DNA of 64,000 nt from Macrostomum hystrix (taxonomy: Eukaryota; Animalia; Platyhelminthes): contig CATNEN010000034.1 in the NCBI GenBank assembly GCA_950097015.1, forward strand, positions 3,906,001 to 3,970,000, written 5' to 3'. Under the pieces are notes generated by a model. It ran no database searches, was not told the origin of the DNA, and saw only the letters and a program-made list of their open reading frames with translations. Within the stretch, counting starts at the first letter, position 1; each line of letters opens with the position of its first letter. The position numbers were made by a program, and so were the translations under genes. Positions 1-13,052 of this stretch are shown piece by piece.

Positions 1-260
1 GAGATCTTGTTAGATTCTGTGAGATCTTGTTAGATTCTGTGAGATCGTGTTAGATTCTGTGAGATCTTTTAAGATTATATGAGACTGTAGATAGAAGGAG
101 ATCCTGTTAGACAGTTGGAGATCCTGTTAGACAGTAGGATATCCTGTTAGACAGTTGGAGATCCTGTTAGACAGTAGGAGATCCTGTTAGACAGTTGGAG
201 ATCTTGTTAGACAGTTGGAGATCCTGTTAGACAGTTGGAGATCCTGTTAGACAGTTGGAG
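1..260. repeat. 20-bp minisatellite (GAGATCTTGTTAGATTCTGT grading into GAGATCCTGTTAGACAGTTG), truncated by the window start
   Basis: Tandem 20-nt units visible directly; two unit variants. Confidence 0.9.
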
Positions 261-759
261 GTCTTCTTTGTTCTCAAAAACTCGGACGTAAAGAATAAAG
301 TAGATTTGGTTATTAATCTAAGCCTAATTACAGAGAATAATGCAACAAACACGGTGTTAAGTGCGGCTGTTAACTGACGCACAAAAACATTAGTCATGCA
401 GGACCAAGACTTCAGGGTACTAGATTATGTGCACTTCCTGTGTAGCTGTGCTGGGACGCGCACGGAGCAAAAAAACTGCGCAATTCAATGCCACAGTCCC
501 AAATCCATGCAATTTTTAAACCATCCCTGCTAGACGAAAGGAAAACGAAAAGAAAAAACTGAAAAATGCTACCAGGCTAAAGACAAGTTCACGTACACCA
601 AAAAAGTAAAGATTAATATTTTTTATAAATTATTCTATTATGCAGTGTGCAAGCTAAATGTAACTGAGACCATAACTAACAGGAGATGAAGCTCGATTGA
701 AGCAGCTATAAAAAACAGCGGTTTTGTTTCTGCTTTCTGCACTGATCCAGTTTCAGCAT

Positions 760-3700
760 TCAGTAGACATTGTGGGTCTGAAACATTATATGCGACTTCG
801 AGGGCCTGAGAGAGAATCTGAAACATGACAGTGGATCAGGTTCAGAGTCAAGAGATGGGACAGGGGAGAGATTAGACATTGGAGAGATGAGACGTTAGAG
901 AGATGAGACAGTGGAAAGATGAGACATTGGAGAGATTAGACATTGGAGAGATGAGACATTGGAGAGATGAGACAGTGGAGAGATGAGATATTGGAGAGAT
1001 GAGACATTGGAGAGATGAGACAGTGGAGAGATGAGATATTGGAGAGATGAGACAGTGGAGAGATGAGACATTGGAGAGATGAGACAGTGGAGAGATGAGA
1101 TATTGGAGAGATGAGACATTGGAGAGATGAGACAGTGGAGAGATGAGATATTGGAGAGATGAGACATTGGAGAGATGAGACAGTGGAGAGATGAGATATT
1201 GGAGAGATGAGACAGTGGAGAGATTAGACATTGGAGAGATGAGACAGTGGAAAGATGAGACATTGGAGAGATTAGACATTGGAGAGATGAGACATTAGAG
1301 AGATGAGACAGTGGAAAGATGAGACATTGGAGAGATGAGACATTGGAGAGATGAGACATTGGAGAGGTGGGATATGGTTTGGGTTAGACAGGGGAGAGTT
1401 GCCGGTTGTTTGGCAGTGTCAATGAGCTGGAGTAAGGACATTGTGGGGTAGTCTCTGGCCCGACCCAGAGAAAAATGCAGAGATTTTCTAATTTAAATTT
1501 TCTAGAAAAAAATGTGTGATATAAAGTGTTTTAACTTCTCATTTCAGTAGCGTTTTGTAAAAGTAAAAAATTATAGAATTTTGTACCATATGTGACAAGA
1601 ACCAGAAAACTAGTCTAGCTACAGGTGGGGTTTGCAGTGCGTGCATCACTGGGGAAAGGCAGAGTGCGTGAGAGGAAGAAAAACAAAAACCCGAAACAAC
1701 GATTTAAATTCATGCGACACTAAAATAATTGAAGTGAAAAACACGATGCTAAGTGCGCGGTTCATACCTCAGCACAGAGTAACCATTCATCTGCATTACA
1801 GGATTATCTTCCCAAGGCGATAGCCTGATGTTTGCAGAAAATGTGTAATACAGTTTTTACAACCACTTAAAAAATATAGTGGTTCAAAATTAATTATTCT
1901 TCTTTTCATACCGAATATGAAAAAAATATAATAAAACTTTATTAAATAAACTTTATATAAGTATAAATTAAAAAAATTGTGTACATTATTTGTTATGCAG
2001 GAGATTTTTAAATGTTACGACAAAGCAAAAAAAATTTAATCGCATTTCGACTCAGAAATTTCAAAATATCTTTTTCTTTTTTTATTAACCAACTTCCAAG
2101 CTTTTGTTAACGCTTTTTAAACGATAATTCTTTCGAGAGATATGGAGCTACAAGCGCCATTCGTGCGTTTACGAATTTCGATAATTACCAGGTTAAAAAT
2201 ATATTTTTGGAAATTTCATTTCTACCTCGAGTCTTATTTGAGACATATACCATCCGAAATAAAAAACAAACTTTATTGCAGTTTAAGCTCGTTACAGTTC
2301 TAGCTCTCCTTACTTTAGACAATTTATTTTTTCAAGCAAAGTGCATTATTAATTAGTATGATTTGTTTTAAAGACGAACCTAACTACAAAGTTTGAATAT
2401 TTTCTTTGATTTTTTCGATTGCTTTCAAGGCAAATATCAAAATTTCGTCGCAGTTTAATTCTTAAAAAGCTACAAAAAATATTTACCATTTGTTTAAACA
2501 ACTCGACTTTGTCATGTTGACACTTTCCATGAAACTATGAAAAAATGTTAATTTGACGTTGGATTGAAAATGTTTTACGAAAATATACACTTTAAAGTGT
2601 ATATGCTTCTTGCAATTGAATAATGAGCACCGAAATCCAGGAGTTCATTCGTAATTCTGAGTTTTTAGATTACGAAATTCTAAATAATAATTCCCAGCTC
2701 TTTGAGTCCGCCGAAAAATCGTTTTTTTGGTTTTAAAATGAGACTTTTTCACCTGAAATCCACAATCAAAAGCGAATGAACTCACGTGTACTTGACTTTG
2801 TCTCGCTCGCCCCTACCACCAGATCGCTGCCGCCACTTCCAGCATAGAACTATCAGCACAATGGCCACAATTAGCGCCACCAAGACTGCCACCACAATGG
2901 CCAGAATGGAAGCACTACTCTCGGCTGGCTGGAGGTTCGGGGTGACGCCTGGCGACTCAGCGCCAGTCTTCCCTGGCGGCTTTGCGGGGCCTTCGGCGCA
3001 CGGGTCGTGCAGCCTGAATGCGTCAGCAACGCGCATTCCAGCCAGGCGCTCCGGTGTGGCGCAGCTGGGTATTGCGAGGGAGGGGGATGGGTGAGATTCA
3101 GACTGGGTGAGATTCAGACTGGGTAAGATTCAGACTGGGTAAGATTCAGACTGGGTGAGATTCAGACTGAGTGAGATTCAGACTGGGTGAGATTCAGACT
3201 GGGTGAGATTCAGACTGGGTGAGATTCAGACTGGGTGAGATTCAGACTGAGTGAGATTCAGACTGGGTGAGATTCAGACTGGGTGAGATTCAGACTGGGT
3301 GAGATTCAGACTGGGTGAGATTCAGACTGGGTGAGATTCAGACTGAGTGAGATTCAGACTGGGTGAGATTCAGACTGGGTGAGATTCAGACTGGGTGAGA
3401 TTCAGACTGGGTGAGATTCAGACTGGGTAAGATTCAGACTGGGTAAGATTCAGACTGGGTGAGATTCAGACTGAGTGAGATTCAGACTGGGTGAGATTCA
3501 GACTGGGTGAGATTCAGACTGGGTGAGATTCAGACTGGGTGAGATTCAGACTGGGTGAGATTCAGACTGAGTGAGATTCAGACTGGGTGAGATTCAGACT
3601 GGGTGAGATTCAGACTGGGTGAGATTCAGACTGGGTGAGATTCAGACTGGGTGAGATTCAGACTGGGTGAGATTCAGACTGAGTGAGATTCAGACTGGGT

Positions 3701-6402
3701 GAGATTCAGACTGGGTGAGATTCAGACTGGGTGAGATTCAGACTGGGTGAGATTCAGACTGGGTGAGATTCAGACTGGGTGAGATTCAGACTGGGTGAGA
3801 TTCAGACTGGGTGAGATTCAGACTGGGTGAGATTCAGACTGGGTGAGATTCAGACTGGGTGAGATTCAGACTGAGTGAGATTCAGACTGGGTGAGATTCA
3901 GACTGGGTGAGATTCAGACTGGGTGAGATTCAGACTGGGTGAGATTCAGACTGAGTGAGATTCAGACTGGGTGAGATTCAGACTGGGTGAGATTCAGACT
4001 GGGTGAGATTCAGACTGGGTGAGATTCAGACTGAGTTCAGGGAAATGAGCAGAAAATTGGATGAATTGGCTGACTAGAGAAGAAATTCGATGCCAAGTGT
4101 TCCCTCGAATTCCCATGCGGAAAATTATCACAAATACGAAGCAGTCAGTCGTGGATGTAGAGCTCATTTTCCTGCCAAATGGACTCAACTAGCCCTTATT
4201 TACTGTGTGGAGAATACTTCTCAGCTAGAATATAGCCTAAAGTCACTCGCCGAACCAGAAAAAGCCATTACGAGGAAGCTTGAGTCAAGTGCAGTTGCTG
4301 CCAGCAACAACTCATAACACTATCTACCCGATAGAATGATCATATTCAGGTCATTGAAAGGGTCATGACCTAGCTGGTTACATAAATTATTAATTGCGAA
4401 ATGTATAGCTAGTAAGTAAAAATATTTCTTAGATTTAGCGAACCAACTTGATCCAAAAAACATTCTCCCACGCTTCTAAAAAGCAATTTTGATGAAAAAA
4501 TAAAGAGCCGAGCAACGGTTCTTTAGCACCGAGAGATTTGTTGCCATGGAGAAGACGCATATTTAAAGCGCTAAGCACAATAAGTATGTGTTGTGAAGCA
4601 CTAAATAGCCAAAAGAACTGGATTTTTGTAAACTTTTTGGTAGTAAAAAACTGATTAATTACTGGTTATTAAGGCCTTAATTCAAGAACTTTAAATGCGA
4701 AAGTTTCTTAAAATTTTGCTGCAAACTGTGCCTAAATGCTTGGATAAAAAAATTGTTTATTACAACTGACCTAGTTGGGTCAGATGTGCAGCCGACAGCA
4801 CAGCCGCAGCTATTGCGCGGCGCATCTGAAGGCTGCGTACTGCTGTTCAGTCCATGGACTGGGGGACGCCACACCCAACTCTCAATTTATCCCAGCTAAC
4901 GATTTGTCTTGCACAAAGGACATGAATTGTTCCAGTGGAGTACGAATCGAACCTGCGACCTTTAAGTCGTAAGTCCGACGCTCTAACCACTAGACTACAA
5001 CCGTATTCAACTTTTTCTGAATCGCAACTAATTTAGCTAGCTTCAATAACTGCGACGTCATTCGTTGCCTGAGATGCATTGGGGAAGGTTATTTAAAGCA
5101 GTTCGTGAAAAAAACTCACCTGGGATCGTCATTGCGGTACACGGCCTTGATCCGGTCCTCGTTGGAGGCCAGCCAGGCGAGCTCGCAGCCGCAGTGCAGC
5201 GGATTGCCGCCCAGCTGGACTACGAAATGCGCCGCGTCCTGGTACGGCCGACCATTCGGCACGTGAGGCACCTGGCGCATTTGGTTGCCTCTCAGGTCCA
5301 CCCGGCTCAGTCGGCTGAGGATGCTGCCGTTGGCCACCAGCGACCAGGACGTCGGCAGCTCCTTGATGGAGGCGCGTGACAAAACCAACAAGGTCAGCGT
5401 CATTGTGGCGTTTTTCAATCTGGAGAAGTCGATGCGCTCCAGGCGGCAGTTCTGCAAGGCCAGTCTGGTCAGCTGCTGGTCAGCAGAAACCAGAGGCAGA
5501 TTGTCGATGTCCGTTTCCATTAGGCTGAAGTCCATCACCGAGTCCATATTGCGCAGCAGATAGTCCGACGCCTCAGGTGGCACCAGGCACCGGCGCAGCA
5601 GCACGCTGTAGGCTTTGGCGTTGCGCAGAAAGTTCGGACTGTGAACGTCGAGCAGTTCAACGCCTGTCAGGACGAGGTGGGCAGGACGCACGCGGCGGAG
5701 GCGGACGCGCTGCAAGCCAGACTCGACGCTGATGCTCAGGTTGCTAAATAGAGTGATCTCGTCCAGAACAAGTGTGGCATCTGGTTGAGCAGCGTCCTGG
5801 CTGACTATCATCTGTCTGGCATTCACGTTGGATATGACGGTGTCCGAATTTCTACACCATGTGCTTTTGACCAACTGCAGCTCAGTAAATTGACCGAAGC
5901 TGAAAGCTGTGCTCAGATCCGAGCAGGCCACTTGACTGAACTCGCAGTCGTAAAAGTACAAGCTGCCTGTGTCCTTTAAAATATATTTGGCGAAAAATTC
6001 TCGCTTGATACCGTGAATGGTGCATCGCTGTAGCTGCAGTTTGGTTAGAAAGGCCTCTGCTGAGGCAGACTGAGGCTCAGACAGAGTCAGGTGAATTCCA
6101 CTTATGTACAGCTCAAACGATTTGGGATTTCTTTTGCCGATCAGCCAGTTCCTGCACTCCTGCAGTATGGAATGTATAGTTGCCTCCTCTGGCGTGACGT
6201 GAATGTCCTGCTTAGCTGAGCAGTGCACTTTTACATCCGGTAGTATGGGCACTCCAGAACAGGTCAGATTGCAGTCGATTGATCCAATGCTGAATGTGTT
6301 TTTGTTTTTAATTGCAGCGGTGCCTGCTGTACAGTGACAGACCGCGATAATGACGGTGGCTAGCAGCGCGCAGGTGAAAGTAGGTGCATGCGGTAGCGCC
6401 AT
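760..6402 (-). CDS. Single-pass leucine-rich-repeat membrane protein: signal peptide, degenerate LRRs, LRRCT cap, TM helix, short tail without TIR; about 539 aa
   Basis: Exon 1 6402-5120 (MALPHAPTFTCALLATV...LSRVDLRGN...GGNPLHCGCELAWL...DDP), GT at 5119. Exon 2 3064-2786 continues the LRRCT (SCATPERLAGMRV...PC) and holds the TM segment ILAIVVAVLVALIVAIVLIVLCW, GT at 2785. Probable exon 3 817-760 (TFSLRPSKSHIMFQTHNVY*). All junctions are GT-AG and phase-consistent; exon 3 is least certain. Confidence 0.85.
850..1372. repeat. 16-bp minisatellite (GGAGAGATGAGACATT / GGAGAGATGAGACAGT) in the last LRR-gene intron
   Basis: Tandem units seen directly; core shared with the 23-bp array at 32640-32910. 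Confidence 0.95.
3090..4035. repeat. 16-bp minisatellite (GGGTGAGATTCAGACT), about 59 copies, next to the 3' splice site of LRR intron 1
   Basis: Near-perfect tandem units ending about 25 nt from the acceptor AG at 3066-3065. Confidence 0.95.
4788..5002 (-). mobile_element. tRNA-derived SINE (family A), central domain partly deleted
   Basis: Minus strand reads GGTTGTAGTCTAGTGGTTAGAGCG (A box)...GGTTCGATTC (B box), then a non-tRNA body shared with 46860-47010 and 37877-38052. Confidence 0.8.
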
Positions 6403-7004
6403 CAGTGCTTCTGTTCTCACTTATTCGGTGAAGTACAAAGCACGCTAGATAAATCTGCCAGATGTACTTTTTATCGGCCTGTTGTTGTCCTTCTCTTATT
6501 TCTTCAAGACTTGGGAAAGAGAGAGAGAGGGCCGCCGGGAAGGGGTCGAGAGCATTCGGTGCACTGAGCGGAAAAGCGATTTTAGAGGCCACAGGAGGCG
6601 CGAGCAAAACTTTTTAGGCCCTGGCTAGTCGGACGGACGACACTTGGGGAGGGGGTTTGGAGTAGCCGAGAGCACTGCCGGGAGTGTGAGTTTCCTAATT
6701 CGCTAGCATTGGATCCCAGACCTGGAGTGAGAGAGACAGCCAGGCGGTGCCCAAAGTAAGGAGTGGCAAGAAGGAGAGAGAGAGAGAGGCAACTTTGAGC
6801 ACAGCGGAGATGCAGCGCGGAACAAGTGAGAGGCCTTGTGCTTCTTACCCTTTAGCAAGGCACCCCTGCTCCTCCTCTTCAGACCGGCGCCATTGCTGAG
6901 CCATATCGACCAATTATTGGTCGCCTCAGAGGCTACCCCAACCCACACCGCCCACCTCCACATATTTTTACGCGCTTTTTGCACATTCGCGTATTCTACT
7001 GTTA

Positions 7005-7255
7005 GTAATGCTGCTGGGGAGAAATTAGTTCTCTGCTGCTGAGGGGAAATTAGTTCTCTGCTGTTTGGGGGACATTGGTTATTTACTGGCGGGGGACATT
7101 GGTTATTTGCTACTGAGGGGACATTAGTTCTCTGCAGCTGGGGGGGACATTGGTCTTTTTACTGATGGGGGACATTAGTTCTCTGCTGCTGACGGAACAT
7201 CGGTTCTCTGCTGTTTGGGGGACATTAAATTAGTTCTCTGCTGCTGGGGGGATAG
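7005..7255. repeat. Degenerate 22-24 bp repeats (GGGGACATTAGTTCTCTGCTGCT)
   Basis: About 10 imperfect units upstream of the LRR gene. Confidence 0.7.
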
Positions 7256-7589
7256 TATTCGCATGTACCTTAGTAGCATTAAGCTGAGTTGTATCAAACG
7301 CAAGTTACTTGTGTAATTCTTAAGAGCCCCGACAGGGGCTCTTGGTGTAAAGACCGGATGTCTCAGAATGTATTCAAGCTCAGACTGACTATTTTTGTAT
7401 TTAGTGAGAATTCAAATTCTCGTTGAATCGCAATCACGTATATTCGCAATCAGGGAAGTTGATACTGACGAAATGAGTTTTCGTTTTGTTTACTTACAGG
7501 CGCGTTTTGTCCTTATCCATTACACAAGATTTTTTGTCTGAACAGTAGTGCCCCCCCTTGGGGGCTTAGCGTGCTAGTACTGTTCTATA

Positions 7590-9700
7590 ATCTCACTCTC
7601 CACGTTTCCCTCCCTCACCTCTGATTCTCACTCTCTACCTCTCCCTCCCTCACCTCCAATTCTCACTCTCTACCGCTCCCTCCCTCAACTCTGATTCTCA
7701 CTCTCTACCTCTCCTTCCCTCAACTCTGATTCTCACTCTCTACCTCTCCCTCCCTCACCTCTGATTCTCACTCTCTACCTCTCCCTCCCTCAACTATGAT
7801 TCTCACTCTCTACCTCTCCCTCCCTCACCTCTGATTCTCACTCTCTACCTCTCCCTCCCTCAACTATGATTCTCACTCTCTACCTCTCCTTCCCTCAACT
7901 CTGATTCTCACTCTCTACCTCTCCCTCCCTCACCTCTGATTCTCACTCTCTACCTCTCCCTCCCTCAACTATGATTCTCACTCTCTACCTCTCCTTCCCT
8001 CAACTCTGATTCTCACTCTCTACCTCTCCCTCCCTCACCTCCAATTCTCACTCTCTACCGCTCCCTCCCTCACCTCTGATTCTCACTCTCTACCTCTCCC
8101 TCCCTCACCTCTGATTCTCACTCTCTACCGCTCTCTCCCTCAACTATGATTCTCACTCTCTACCGCTCTCTCCCTTAACTATGATTCTCACTCTCTACCT
8201 CTCCCTCCCTCAACTATGATTCTCACTCTCTACCTCTCCCTCCCTCACCTCTGATTCTCACTCTCTACCTCTCCCTCCCTCACCTCCAATTCTCACTCTC
8301 TACCGCTCCCTCCCTCAACTATGATTCTCACTCTCTACCTCTCCCTCCCTTAACTATGATTCTCACTCTCTACCTCTCCCTCCCTCACCTCTGATTCTCA
8401 CTCTCTACCTCTCCCTCCCTCAACTCTGATTCTCACTCTCTACCTCTCCCTCCCTCACCTCTGATTCTCACTCTCTACCGCTCTCTCCCTCAACTATGAT
8501 TCTCACTCTCTACCGCTCTCTCCCTCAACTATGATTCTCACTCTCTACCTCTCCCTCCCTCAACTATGATTCTCACTCTCTACCTCTCCCTCCCTCACCT
8601 CTGATTCTCACTCTCTACCTCTCCCTCCCTCACCTCCAATTCTCACTCTCTACCGCTCCCTCCCTCAACTATGATTCTCACTCTCTACCTCTCCCTCCCT
8701 TAACTATGATTCTCACTCTCTACCTCTCCCTCCCTCAACTATGATTCTCACTCTCTACCTCTCCCTCCCTTAACTATGATTCTCACTCTCTACCTCTCCC
8801 TCCCTCACCTCTGATTCTCACTCTCTACCGCTCCCTCCCTCACCTCTGATTCTCACTCTCTACCTCTCCCTCCCTCAACTAGAATTAGAATAATAAACTA
8901 TGATTCTCACTCTCTACCTCTCCCTCCCTCAACTATGATTCTCACTCTCTACCTCTCCCTCCCTCAACTAGAATTAGAATAATAAACTATGATTCTCACT
9001 CTCTACCTCTCCCTCCCTCAACTATGATTCTCACTCTCTACCTCTCCCTCCCTTAACTATGATTCTCACTCTCTACCTCTCCCTCCCTCACCTCTGATTC
9101 TCACTCTCTACCTCTCCCTCCCTCAACTAGAATTAGAATAATAAACTATGATTCTCACTCTCTACCGCTCCCTCCCTTAACTAGAATTAGAATAATAAAC
9201 TATGATTCTCACTCTCTACCTCTCCCTCCCTCAACTATGATTCTCACTCTCTACCTCTCCCTCCCTCAACTAGAATTAGAATAATAAACTATGATTCTCA
9301 CTCTCTACCTCTCCCTCCCTCACCTCTGATTCTCACTCTCTACCTCTCCCTCCCTCAACTAGAATTAGAATAATAAACTATGATTCTCACTCTCTACCGC
9401 TCCCTCCCTTAACTAGAATTAGAATAATAAACTATGATTCTCACTCTCTACCTCTCCCTCCCTCAACTATGATTCTCACTCTCTACCTCTCCCTCCCTCA
9501 ACTAGAATTAGAATAATAAACTATGATTCTCACTCTCTACCTCTCCCTCCCTCAACTATGATTCTCACTCTCTACCTCTCCCTCCCTCACCTCTGATTCT
9601 CACTCTCTACCGCTCCCTCCCTCACCTCTGATTCTCACTCTCTACCTCTCCCTCCCTCAACTAGAATTAGAATAATAAACTATGATTCTCACTCTCTACC
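7590..9700. repeat. 35-bp pyrimidine-rich minisatellite (CTGATTCTCACTCTCTACCTCTCCCTCCCTCACCT) with a 54-bp variant in the distal part
   Basis: 35-nt periodicity; insert AGAATTAGAATAATAAACT appears only after about 8880. Confidence 0.95.
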
Positions 9701-11128
9701 CTGTGCTTCTCACATCAGATTCTCACTCATATCTCCCTCACCCCTGTCTACCATTTAGCCTAGACCGAAATCAGAAGTCGATGAAGTCATTGTTGCTCAG
9801 TTAAATCAAAACACAGCTCTCAAATAGGCTAGGCATAACTTGCAAATCTATTTTGGTTGCTTGGCTTGTGATATCAACAGGAAAGTTTAGTTTCTACGAA
9901 ACTCTGATTTGTACAGCGAACCTGTCCGGCCTCACACTCACTGCTAGAGATAAATTCTTTGATTTTGACAGTCAGTAGGAAAACTTACAAATGTTTTGTG
10001 TGTGTGGCAAAATAGCTCAGGGTGGGTTATATAAAGGTTGACCCAAAGTGAACCTCGTTTTCTTTACTTTTTTATCTACAAATAATGCATTGAAACTTAA
10101 TCAATGTTTGGCTCTGATTTGCACTTTGAGAAGTACTCAATAATACGAGTATAATACGCGTGCACATGCAGTCACCTGTAAGTTTAAAATAATCGTCCAG
10201 TACATAGGTTGAAATTAAAATTGACACCTTTTTGGCTAATTGGCACATCATGAATGTTCCAAGCATGAATATGGGCCAACAGCAACACTAAACAATTTTA
10301 TTAAACTTCACAAAATAAATGGCAATCAAATTCTGTGAAAAGATTGGCAACTGATAGTTTCTCGGTGCGCAAATATTAATTTCCATATCATAAAAGATGT
10401 TGTCAGTTTTAAAAGCTTATTTTACAATAACTGATATATTTCTGGATTCCAAAGTGCGCAATAAATTGTATGAGAAGTTTCACACAAACTTCACATTTCG
10501 TAAACCATTTTTTCCTACTGCATCTCTAAAATTATACTACTTTGAGTAGCAATATGCAGGTTATTAAGAAACTAATTTACTGCAAAACACTTGCAAAACG
10601 AGAGCCAATTCAGTATGGTATATTCTACAGGTAGCTAATGCGCATTTTAGGTAGATTTACTGACGGGGATTTCAGGAAACTGATCGGGATTTTAAATAAC
10701 TCAAATGTATTTCAGGTAACTGACCGGGAGCTTCCATCAGTAAGTTAAGTAACTGAGGTGGGTTTTAGATAATCGATAGAAATATCAACGTAACTGAAAA
10801 GGGATTTCAGATTACTAATATTTGGAATCACATCGCTTAGGGGTTCAGCGGGTGGGAAAGATTTATCCTCGCTGGATACGGCTGGAGTGCCGCCAAATTA
10901 TCTACTGCAGTTACTTTCAGCCCCTCCTATTTTTTATTAATATCATATTATTAAAATTAAGAGAGACTCTAGTTAGCAGTGCAAATAATAAACGATAGCC
11001 AGATGAAAGGCAATTCTTTTGAGTAAAAAATAAGAAAAATTCCATGACCTTGAAAGAAATACAGAAATAAAGCTATAATAATGCGATATAAGCTAACAGA
11101 AGAAATGAATAGAAAAATATAGAACTAA

Positions 11129-13052
11129 CTAGCTTTTTTGCCCGTTGTTTCTGGGGCAGAAATTTAAAGCAAAGCAGTAAGCAATTCACGTCTCTGTATT
11201 AACTTTATAGTGAAGGTCACCATATATTCATTTACTGCATTAATGAAAAGTGAAGAGTTTGTTTAAGGGTGTTTTAAGTAAAAAATAAGTGAAAAGTTTG
11301 TCCAAACAGCCCCCTCTTGATTACTTCTTTAGAAACATGTCTCTTAGCCACTCCTCTATACAGTCAGTGGCAGATCCAGGAATTTTGTTTTGGGGCGGTC
11401 TGTCAGGGGAGCGCCATGAGAAACACAGAGTGGGTGCCAGCGGCCGAAAAAGGGCGCCAGGAGCCAAGAAAGGGCGCCAGCGGCTGAAAAACGGGAGCCA
11501 GCGGCTGAAAAAGGGGCGCCAGCGGCCGAAAAGGGGCGCCAGTCGCAGCACTGGCGCCCCTGGTGGGGGCATCTTATTCCCATGATTAAAATTTAGGGGG
11601 GCGACTGCCCCCCCGCCCCCCCCCTAAATCTGCCTCTGTATACAGTATGCATGTACACGCGTATACATAAGGAAAATAGCCATGGCATAACAATAACAAT
11701 GTCAAAGAAACAAAATTAAACTGTTTCAGAGTTCAGAGTTAGACAGGTCAAGGTCAATTCGTGACTACTTTTCTATTAATTGCTTGCGAGTCACCTCAAG
11801 GCCTGGGGATACACCACATTCTTCGTTCTTCCCCTTGGTGCGAAAATGAATAGGCCAGCTGGAGTTCCAACACGGGAGCAGGCGACATAAAGCTGCCCAT
11901 GCGAGAAGCAAGGAGTCTCCAGGTTGATGCCAGCCACCTTCAGCGACTGTCCCTGAGCCTTGTTAATAGTCATCGCAAAGCACACTCTCACAGGGAACTG
12001 CAGTCGCTTGAACTGAAATGGCAGGTCCGTGGGGATAATTGGAATCCGGGGAACGAACACAGACTCTCCTCTGCCAGATCCAGTCATTATCGTGGCCTCA
12101 ATCACGTGTGGGAAGAGCCGCCTGACTATCAGTCTGGTGCCGTTACACAGCCTTGGCGCATTCAGGTTGCGGAGGAGCATAATTGGTGCCCCAACTTTCA
12201 GCTGCAAGTTGTGCGATGGAGTTCCAGGAGGATCTAGAGAGTTCAGAAACTCAACAGGATACTCCACAGCGGTGTCATCAGTCAACGTTGTATCAATTGA
12301 CTTGTAGGTGAAAACTGCACCTGGCAACTCCTGAAGGAGTTGGTAGTTAATTTCGTTGGCGGCATCATTTCTAGGACACAGAATTGCCCTCTCTGACAGC
12401 CAGTCAACGCCAGCCTCTCTCTTTCTTCTATCCCAGGCTGGCTGGAGAGAAATATCGACCGGAGAGCCCTGCGCACTGGGACGCCACCGCACTCACCGCA
12501 CTCAGTCTCAGTGCTGCTTGGGGGCCAGTAGACAGTCTAGGGGTTTGGGCTGTGTACATTCACGGCTTGAAATGCAATGTACAGTCTGGGGCTTCGGCGC
12601 CCGGGGAAGGGAGGGGGTGGCTGTATTAAAATTTGGCCCGCAGAGTGGCGGAGGGGAGTTGGGGTGGCTGTCCTCGGAAAACAAAAAGTGACTCACTTTG
12701 AGATGATGCAGCTTTGCTCTGGATTGAGTAGAGATGTTCAAAATTGACAGCATTGTTGGAAAACATGTAAAGTGTAAGTGGATCAAATTTGGAGAAAATC
12801 TGACAAAGTGGGGCGACGATATGTCGAATTGAGTGATTTTTTGACGATTTTTGAGCAGTTTTTTGCACTTTTGAGCAGGAAGGAAATGATTTTTCGGGAA
12901 TTTGAGTAGCCTATTGCACTCAGCGTAGGTGGTTTTAGGTATGTGCAAAGTTTGGTGCGATTTGGTTGAGCGGTTTCGGCGTCTATAAAGACAAAAGGTT
13001 GCACACAGACAGACAGACAGACAGACAGAGTTTTCACTTTTATATATATAGA
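11129..13052 (-). mobile_element. Non-autonomous Helitron copy 1 (1924 bp)
   Basis: 5' TCTATATATATAAAA at 13052; 3' TGCCC-loop-GGGCA hairpin then CTAG followed by T at 11129; carries the C-terminal part of a PIF1-type helicase. Confidence 0.92.
11791..12492 (-). pseudogene. Helitron RepHel helicase C-terminal fragment (233-aa ORF, internally deleted)
   Basis: Motifs RAILCPRN, LKVGAPIMLLRNL...LCNGTRL, QFPVRVCFAMTINKAQGQSL, FSHGQLYVACSRV, KNVVY; no Rep domain and no N-terminal helicase motifs. Confidence 0.9.

Noticed and set aside
638-826. 62-aa ORF with a hydrophobic end as the last LRR exon
   Set aside because: The phase-2 donor at 2785 selects a different frame after the 818 acceptor, ending at 760
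872-1359. ORFs of 135 and 154 aa (SHLSNVSSLQCLISP repeats)
   Set aside because: Translations of the 16-bp intronic minisatellite
4920-5002. Functional tRNA genes (also near 28500, 32400, 37900, 46990 and 63430)
   Set aside because: A/B boxes are present, but the acceptor and anticodon stems are broken and shared non-tRNA bodies follow, so these are SINE heads
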